Assembly (NCBI GenBank): GCA_043826455.1
Contig: JBDRQD010000015.1
Location: 128,001 to 192,000, forward strand
Origin: Candidatus Bathyarchaeota archaeon
GTDB taxonomy: Archaea; Thermoproteota; Bathyarchaeia; TCS64
Length of the DNA stretch: 64,000 nucleotides
Reading direction: 5' to 3'
Part shown: piece by piece, positions 57,269 through 64,000 of the stretch
Numbering within the stretch: the first letter of the stretch is position 1
Layout of the letters: each line of letters starts with the position of its first letter
Notes under the pieces: model-generated
What the model saw: only the letters and a program-made list of their open reading frames with translations
Database searches by the model: none
Told to the model about the DNA's origin: nothing
Made by a program: the position numbers and the translations under genes

Positions 57269-58462
57269 TTAAGGAACCGTCGGAGGAGCCCTGGGCGGCA
57301 GATTCTTCACAAACCTCTCCAGCCTGGTACAAGTCTCCTCCAGATCCTTCAATGGCGCCACCAAGGCAAACCTGATATGCCCCTCACTGGCCGCACCGTA
57401 CTGGGTACCCGGCGCACACCGGACCTTCTCCTGCATGAAGAAGTCCATGGCGAACTTCTGGCTCGGCACCCCCAGCTCACTGATGTCAGGGAACAGGTAG
57501 AACGCCCCCTCAGGGTAAGCGCACTTGATGCCCTTGATCTCGTTGAGCCTCTTCACCATATAGTCAATGCGCTTCTTGTAGGTCTGCCTCATCTCCTCCA
57601 CAAAGTCCCAGCCCTCCCCCAGCGCCTTCACAGCCGCCTTCTGGAAGGGCACAGGCACACTGCAGATGCCCACAGGCACCCCGTTCACCACCTTCATGAG
57701 CTCCGGACCCGCGATGATGTACCCGGCCCTGCACCCCGTCCACGCGAAGGTCTTGCTGAAGCTCATCAACACCATGGTCTTCTCCCACATCCCATTGATG
57801 TCGATGATGGTCTGGTGCTTCCTGTCGCCCCACACGAACTCGGTATAGATCTCGTCGCTGATCACCACCACGTCCTTCCTGTTGGCGATGTCAGCCAGCT
57901 TCTCCAGCTCCTTCTTCGTCCAAACAGTCCCCGAGGGGTTATCCGGGTTACATATGAGGACAGCCTTCGTCTTAGGAGTAATCGCGTTCTCGATGTTCCT
58001 GAAGTCGGGCCTGAATATCCCCTTCTTGTCCTTCACCTGCCTGGCCCTGGTCAGCTTGGCCCCGAAGTAGGCCGCCGGCTGGTTATACCCCTGGTAAGCC
58101 GGGTCCATGATGAGGATCTCGTCCCCGGGGTCCAGGATACCGGCGAAGGCCTGGAAGATGGCCTGGCTTCCGCCGCTTGTGATGAGAACCTGGGTCTTGG
58201 GGTCCACCGTCACCCCGTACTTCTTGTAGTACTCCGCGATGGCCTCCTTGAAGTCAGGCTCACCATTGAAGCTGTAGTGGGTCTGACCCGCCCTCATAGC
58301 CTCATACACAGCCTTGTTGATGAACTCAGGCTGGTCAAAGTCCGGGTCACCCGCGCCCAGGTTGATGAGCCCCGGGATGGGCCCCACCGAAACTCTGGTG
58401 GAGCTGCCGGCAATCCTCATCAGGTCCTGAACCTCTTTCTTTGCGAATTTTTCGACTCCCAT
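57269..58462 (-). CDS. Class I/II PLP aminotransferase (AspC-like)
   Basis: GDPDF, NPDNPSG, DEIY, SFSKTFAWTGCRAGY, GAFY. Confidence 0.92.
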   Translation of the reverse strand: MGVEKFAKKEVQDLMRIAGSSTRVSVGPIPGLINLGAGDPDFDQPEFINKAVYEAMRAGQTHYSFNGEPDFKEAIAEYYKKYGVTVDPKTQVLITSGGSQAIFQAFAGILDPGDEILIMDPAYQGYNQPAAYFGAKLTRARQVKDKKGIFRPDFRNIENAITPKTKAVLICNPDNPSGTVWTKKELEKLADIANRKDVVVISDEIYTEFVWGDRKHQTIIDINGMWEKTMVLMSFSKTFAWTGCRAGYIIAGPELMKVVNGVPVGICSVPVPFQKAAVKALGEGWDFVEEMRQTYKKRIDYMVKRLNEIKGIKCAYPEGAFYLFPDISELGVPSQKFAMDFFMQEKVRCAPGTQYGAASEGHIRFALVAPLKDLEETCTRLERFVKNLPPRAPPTVP

Positions 58463-58570
58463 ATCTGATCACGAATCCTTTTAGCTACACTGAGGGCGTA
58501 TAAAACGTCTTCGATTATTCAGCGGAGTGTGAAAATACTGTAAAAAGGGAGCCGGGATTGCCGTAAACGG

Positions 58571-61102
58571 CTACCCCAGGAGGGCGTTGAAGAACAGCTT
58601 GAAGGTGGCGTCCGTCTGAGCCCTCATCTGGGGCTGGAACCCGTAGAGCACCACCCTGCCCTTGCCCAGCCCCGCCTCCACCATGGCAGCCTTCCGGCTC
58701 AGGTGCTCCTCCCCCGACAGCCAGCCACTCTCCATGATGTGCTTCTCCGGGTAGCTGAGCACCACCCTGTACGCCTCGTTGTTTACCCGTGGCTTCACCG
58801 CAAAGGCCGGGTGGCTCCTGAACACTACCAGCAGGTCGTCCTGGACGCCCCACGCCAGGTGGTGGCCGCGGTCCACATCCACGTGCAGTGTGCTGCCGGG
58901 GCAGGTGAAGCTGGTGTTCTTCACGTCCTTCAGCACGTTCTGGACGGGCAGCCCCAACTTCTCTATGGCGAAGTCGCAGGACTCGCCCCAGCAGAGGAGG
59001 GTCCCCCCCTCCTCCACGAACTCCTTCAGCCGCTTGGCGCCGTCCTCCCCCAGGCCGCTCCGGTACTCCGGCGGGTAAACGGGCAGGGTGCTGCCCCCGC
59101 CCCACCGCTTCTCATAGTACTCCTCGATCTTCTCCCCGGTGATGAGCTCCGTCGCGTCGCTGGGCACCACTATCACGTCGTACTTGGAGGCCAGCTTACC
59201 CCTCATTATGTCCTTGTCCATGAGGGTCCTGTACCTGAACCTGTACTGCTCCAGGAGCCACCTGGTCCAGCCCTCGTCCGAGTTGCCGCCCCAGTACCTC
59301 TGGTAGACGCCCACCCTAAGCATCTTCACCGGCCTGGACTTGAGGGCCGGGGGCGCGGCCTCCACCTTCACGTGGTGCCTCTTGGCCAGCTTATCCAGGT
59401 CCCCCGCCAGGCCCTCCGCATTGGGGACGTAGAAGCTTCCGGCCTCGAAGACGCCGGCCCCAGTGGCAGTCCTCTCCTGGAGCCTGTGGACCTCGGCGCC
59501 CCTCCTGAGGAGCCGGGCAACCACCTGGAACCCCTCGTTCACCCTTCCGTCGATGAGCCACCCGTTGGGCGCCTCCTCCTCCAGGCCGCCTCTGGGGTAC
59601 CTGATGCTGGTCAGCGCCTCGAAGCTGCCCTCGAAGGGTTTCTCCACCCCGGCCACACGGACCCCCATGAACTCGGCGACCGTGTAAGTCGATAGATCAT
59701 AGGGTATGACGGGGGTGTTATCGGGGTACTTGCTGAAGGCCCCCAGATGGTAGAAGGTCCTCTTCAGGAGGCTGACCACGTAAGGCCTGCAGTGCTGAGA
59801 CGCGAACACCACGTGGGTGCCCCGGGGATAGGTCACCCCGTCGGCCACGAACTCCCGCTGGCTCCTGTGGACCTCCACACCCATGTCCATGAGCGTCTTC
59901 AGCAGCTTGTAAGCCACCAGCTCGTCGTGCTGCTCAGGCTTCACTATGAAGGCGTAGGGGGGCTCCTCCAGGCCTTTTCTGATGCTGTGCATGGCCTTCC
60001 TGTGCATGTTCCTGAGGAGGAGCTCCCTGAAACTGGCGGCGGCTCGGAGCGTCCCGTAGGCACTTATCTTCTGCTGCTCCACTACGTCGCGGAGCCTCCA
60101 CCAGCCACCCGGCCACGGGTGGGGGAACCCCATCTGGGTCCTGTACTCGGGGCGGCCCCTGCGGCTGGGCTTCAGCTGGTGGTAGTGGATGTATAGGGGC
60201 GTGGCCAGCTTGGCTGAGGCCGACTCGGTGAGCATTCCGCACATGTTGTGCCAGCAGGGCACGTAGTTGAAGGTGGGCATGAACTCCCCGGGGTAGGTGG
60301 CCGAGCTCTCTATGCCCGTCTTGTCCTCAGCCTCCAGCAGCACGTGGGTGAGCCCCCCGTAGAGTTCCTGCTCGGTCCAGACCAGGGGGTCCACCTTGTC
60401 GTCCACGGGGTTGGCGAAGGGGGCTATGTAGAACCTGGCCCCGTAGCTGCCCATGTGGTGGTAGTCTATGTAGGCCTGGGGGCTCCACTCCCTGTACATG
60501 ACCTGGGTGACTATCTGGCTCTCCACCATGTTGTTGTGCATGGCGTCCCTGTTGTTATCATGCCCCGTGTACTTATGGTACAGCCAGGGCGGGCTACAGC
60601 CCTCGTACTCGGTGCCCAGGTACTTCTCGTAGAACTCGGTGACCATGACCTGGCCGTCGGGGTTGAAGCAGGGGAACATGAGGAGAACTGTGTCATCCAG
60701 TATCTCCCGGTTCTCGGGCAGGGTTATCAGCTCGTAGGCCAGCTCGGGGGCCATCTGGGTGCCCCCCACCTCCGTGGCGTGGATGCTCATGCTCATGGCC
60801 ACCACCGTCTTGCCCTCCGCGACTAGGCGGTCCAGCTCTTCCTGGGGCAGGTCCCTGGGGTGAGCCAGCCTCCAGCTCATCATCCTGAGCTCCTCCAGCC
60901 TCTTCATGTTCTCCTGCGAGGTGATGACCGCCAGTAGGAAGGGGTAGCCCTCCGTGCTCTTACCGAGCTCCGTAACCTTGACCATGGGTGACTTGTCCAG
61001 CGCCCAGAAGTACTCTACTATACGGTTCCAGTGGGCCAGCCTCCTATCGGCGCCCATCCGGTGACCGAAAAACTCCTCCGGTGAAGGTATTTGAGTGGAC
61101 AT
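58571..61102 (-). CDS. M14 zinc carboxypeptidase with C-terminal GATase-like domain
   Basis: HATE, NPDG, DNNRD, HHMG, TES; DEGWTRWLLE. Confidence 0.85.
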   Translation of the reverse strand: MSTQIPSPEEFFGHRMGADRRLAHWNRIVEYFWALDKSPMVKVTELGKSTEGYPFLLAVITSQENMKRLEELRMMSWRLAHPRDLPQEELDRLVAEGKTVVAMSMSIHATEVGGTQMAPELAYELITLPENREILDDTVLLMFPCFNPDGQVMVTEFYEKYLGTEYEGCSPPWLYHKYTGHDNNRDAMHNNMVESQIVTQVMYREWSPQAYIDYHHMGSYGARFYIAPFANPVDDKVDPLVWTEQELYGGLTHVLLEAEDKTGIESSATYPGEFMPTFNYVPCWHNMCGMLTESASAKLATPLYIHYHQLKPSRRGRPEYRTQMGFPHPWPGGWWRLRDVVEQQKISAYGTLRAAASFRELLLRNMHRKAMHSIRKGLEEPPYAFIVKPEQHDELVAYKLLKTLMDMGVEVHRSQREFVADGVTYPRGTHVVFASQHCRPYVVSLLKRTFYHLGAFSKYPDNTPVIPYDLSTYTVAEFMGVRVAGVEKPFEGSFEALTSIRYPRGGLEEEAPNGWLIDGRVNEGFQVVARLLRRGAEVHRLQERTATGAGVFEAGSFYVPNAEGLAGDLDKLAKRHHVKVEAAPPALKSRPVKMLRVGVYQRYWGGNSDEGWTRWLLEQYRFRYRTLMDKDIMRGKLASKYDVIVVPSDATELITGEKIEEYYEKRWGGGSTLPVYPPEYRSGLGEDGAKRLKEFVEEGGTLLCWGESCDFAIEKLGLPVQNVLKDVKNTSFTCPGSTLHVDVDRGHHLAWGVQDDLLVVFRSHPAFAVKPRVNNEAYRVVLSYPEKHIMESGWLSGEEHLSRKAAMVEAGLGKGRVVLYGFQPQMRAQTDATFKLFFNALLG

Positions 61103-61197
61103 TAAAAAGAAGTTGTGTATTCACCCATAGAAATAGTCATCGATTGCCTCCGGGGCCACGAAATATAGCCGTTTTCCCGGTTTTTCCTATATAACCT

Positions 61198-64000
61198 TCA
61201 TCTAGTGTGGCCTTTAGCCTGGCCCAGGTCCACCGTCCACTGGATCATCAGCTTCCTCATGAAAACGGCGGTGGCCTCCACAGCCTCAGGGGTGCCCTTG
61301 GACTCCAGGACCGCGCCGTGGGTACCATCGCCGCCTGCGGCCTCCACTCTGAGCCTGTTGTAGCTAGTCTTCGCCCCAATGTTAGAGGGAGCTTCCCTGA
61401 AGGTGAAGGAGACATCAAGGGCGCCGTTTTCAGACTTGGAGGTCTTAACCGCATAAATGAAGGGGGATGCTTCTCTGTAGTTGTACCTGGCCAGAGCCTC
61501 CACCATGTAGCTGTGGAAGCCCTCCGCCTCCCCCGCCTTTATCTTGGTGGGCAGCGGCACCGTCCAGACATCCCCCGTGGAGGCGGCGCCCGTGAGCTTC
61601 CAGTTTCTGGTGAATGAGGGCGTTATCAGGGTGGTGTTCCTCAGAGCTAGGAGGGTGCCCGCCACCACTGCGGCCACGGCTACTCCTATGGAGGCCAGCA
61701 CCCAGACGGCTGAGACCTTCTGGTTTACTACTGGTGCCTCGACCAGGGCCCTCATGGTGGGGTACCAGCCCAAGCCCAGGAGGTAGCCCAGGCCCCCCGC
61801 GGTGACGCCCGTTATGAGGGCCTCACCCATGAAGACCCCGGATATGTGGGTGGGGTTCAGCCCCACGCTTGACAGGATGTTGATCTCGGCCCGCCTCTCA
61901 TACATACTGCCCATCATAGTTGCCAGGACGTTGAGCACCACTATGAGCCAGGGCACCGAGACGCCTATGCCTTTACCGGCCACGGTGTCTGTCATGGTGG
62001 CCCTGAGGACAGCTCCACCGGTGCTCACCCAGACCCTGTACTCGCGGGCCAAAGCCATGGATTTCCCCAGTACAACGTCGTCGACGCCCTCCTCCAGGAG
62101 GACGCTCACCCTTGAGGCCCTGACTCCTCTGATCCTCTGGGCAGTCTGGAGCGTCGTCACCACCACCTGGTATGGCTCCACTGAGCGGACCTCGATGCGG
62201 GGCATGTCGTCCCCAGGGTTGGTTATCACCTGGTGGCCCGGCAGCACCGTCTCACCGTCCATGTCGGTGACGTCCCGGATGCGGTTATCGAAGGCCCCCA
62301 CTATTGTCATGGGTACGCCCCCCACCGTGAGGGTGTCCCCCAGCCCCAACCTAGTGTACAGCAGCACCGACGTGTGAACAAGGCAGGCGCCATCATCCTT
62401 CAGCGGGGTCCCCTCCACGACGCACTCGTCCACGTGAGGCATTATGGGCTCCCCCTGGACGTCCAGGCCGATGACGCCCTGGAGCTCGTAGCCGTCCACC
62501 GTGGCCATGGGCCTCACCTGGGGCGTGTTCTCGGCCTTCAACACAGCCGATGTCACCCCCTCGTAGCTGGACACCCAGTCCACTGCTGGCTGGATCACCG
62601 TGTAGAACTGGCCCTTCTCGAACTCCGTCTTGGGTACGAACTCGTTCATCCGTACAAGGATGCCGCTCGCGTCGGGGGTCGCGTTGGGGACCCACTGGGA
62701 GACCAGGCCGTACCCTGAGGATAGGGAGGTGAGGGCCACGAAGCTCATGGTCAGGAGCATTATGGGGAGGAAGGTGAAGGCGAACCTGAGCTTCCTTCTC
62801 CGCAGGTTCCTCTTAGCGAAGCTGAACATGGACACCCACTCCCCCACCCGCAGCGAGAACCACCCCGAGCCTCCACCCACGAACCTTGTCACCACGAAGG
62901 GGGCAGCGAACAGTGAGATGGACACCAGGGAGACCGCGGTGAACTCCTCCAACGGGATCAGCGCGCTGCCGGGGTAAACCCTGTAGAGGTAGGCCACCAT
63001 CAAAGCGAAGGAGGCAGCCGATACAGCCAACGATACGCCCCTGCGCTCGGTGACGAAGCCCCCGAGGACCACCGCCGTCAGAGCAACGAACACTATCAGG
63101 GCCTTCACCGAGATGGAGGCCTCAGTGATCAGGGAGCCCAGACGCTCGTTGAGCACGGCCAGCCCTATGTAGGCGCTGCTGAGGTCTACGTAGCTGGCCT
63201 CGTACTCGTCTGCTGCGTGCCTCGCCATGGCTCCGCTCAGCTGGTTCGAGGCCTCCTTCAGGTCGAAGCGCTCAGCCGTCACGTAGAAGCCCTCCGCCTC
63301 CAGCTCGGTTAGACCGCTGCCCGTCTGGTTGAGGCTCACACGCATCTCCTGGATGTCCTTGGCTAGGCTGTACTTCCTGTAGTCCAGCTTCAGGACCTGG
63401 CCCTCAACCAGCGTGAAGGGGTCTTCTTCTCTTATGGTGAAGCTCAGGGTTTTCTCAGGCTGCTGCCCGTAGGGGGCTCCGAATCCCCAGAACCTTGTGG
63501 TCCTTGGGGGGATCTCGGTCTGGGACCTGAACTCCAGCACCAGGGGCATTCCAAGGGGCAGTATGAGGGTGTCCGGGTTGAGGCCGAGGTCGCCGCTGAC
63601 GGCTTGGCTGGCTGAGCCGTAGATGAGGGTCAGGTTACCCGCCTTGAGCTGGGCCCCTGTGGCCGGGTCCAGGGCCTTCACAGTGTAGAGCCTTATGGTG
63701 CGGGTGGTCTCCACGGGCTTGATCTGCCCGGCCATCACCACGGTGGCCGCGGGGGGCAGGGTGAAGTTGGTCCTCCTTTCTCCATCGGTGCTGATCTCTT
63801 TCAGCTGGGGTAGGTGGCTGTAGGCCCCTGTCTCGGGGTCTCCGTGTACCGCGTAGATGCTAGCCTTGTCCCGTGTGGGCTCGAAGGTCAGCTGGTAATA
63901 ACCATCCGTGTCCGTGGCTGCCTCATGTGTTCTGGTTCCGTCACGAACCAATATACGGGCGCCCACAAGGGGCCCGCCCTGTTCGTCCTTAACGTAACCG
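61198..64000 (-). CDS. Large FtsX-like ABC permease protein; 5' end outside the window
   Basis: ERRAEINILSSVGLNP, NLRRRKLR; frame open to the window end with GYVKDEQGGPLVGARILV (carboxypeptidase-regulatory-like repeat). Confidence 0.8.
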   Translation of the reverse strand, partial: GYVKDEQGGPLVGARILVRDGTRTHEAATDTDGYYQLTFEPTRDKASIYAVHGDPETGAYSHLPQLKEISTDGERRTNFTLPPAATVVMAGQIKPVETTRTIRLYTVKALDPATGAQLKAGNLTLIYGSASQAVSGDLGLNPDTLILPLGMPLVLEFRSQTEIPPRTTRFWGFGAPYGQQPEKTLSFTIREEDPFTLVEGQVLKLDYRKYSLAKDIQEMRVSLNQTGSGLTELEAEGFYVTAERFDLKEASNQLSGAMARHAADEYEASYVDLSSAYIGLAVLNERLGSLITEASISVKALIVFVALTAVVLGGFVTERRGVSLAVSAASFALMVAYLYRVYPGSALIPLEEFTAVSLVSISLFAAPFVVTRFVGGGSGWFSLRVGEWVSMFSFAKRNLRRRKLRFAFTFLPIMLLTMSFVALTSLSSGYGLVSQWVPNATPDASGILVRMNEFVPKTEFEKGQFYTVIQPAVDWVSSYEGVTSAVLKAENTPQVRPMATVDGYELQGVIGLDVQGEPIMPHVDECVVEGTPLKDDGACLVHTSVLLYTRLGLGDTLTVGGVPMTIVGAFDNRIRDVTDMDGETVLPGHQVITNPGDDMPRIEVRSVEPYQVVVTTLQTAQRIRGVRASRVSVLLEEGVDDVVLGKSMALAREYRVWVSTGGAVLRATMTDTVAGKGIGVSVPWLIVVLNVLATMMGSMYERRAEINILSSVGLNPTHISGVFMGEALITGVTAGGLGYLLGLGWYPTMRALVEAPVVNQKVSAVWVLASIGVAVAAVVAGTLLALRNTTLITPSFTRNWKLTGAASTGDVWTVPLPTKIKAGEAEGFHSYMVEALARYNYREASPFIYAVKTSKSENGALDVSFTFREAPSNIGAKTSYNRLRVEAAGGDGTHGAVLESKGTPEAVEATAVFMRKLMIQWTVDLGQAKGHTR

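Overview
GC-rich archaeal chromosomal segment. Archaeal-type TPI, GTP-PEPCK, a NOP2+NIP7 pair and TATA-box promoters indicate an archaeon; the gene content resembles Bathyarchaeia, which is an inference. It is densely coding and dominated by peptide, amide and amino-acid catabolism: four M20/AbgB amidohydrolases, S9, two M14, M81, DmpA, D-aminoacylase, creatininase and four PLP enzymes. No rRNA, tRNA, CRISPR or transposase was recognised. Highlights: (1) two paralogous, collinear uncharacterised membrane modules built on a DUF6754-like gene, one followed by a GlmL/MutL-type ASKHA protein and the other containing a racemase-like class-III PLP enzyme; (2) a MetRS with an inserted B3/B4 editing-like domain; (3) a 24-aa CGCGC micro-protein upstream of mntP that is absent from the ORF track; (4) a triplicated abgB array with an inserted vapBC; (5) several operator-like repeats and a local strand-skew anomaly. 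All family calls come from motif recognition, not database searches.
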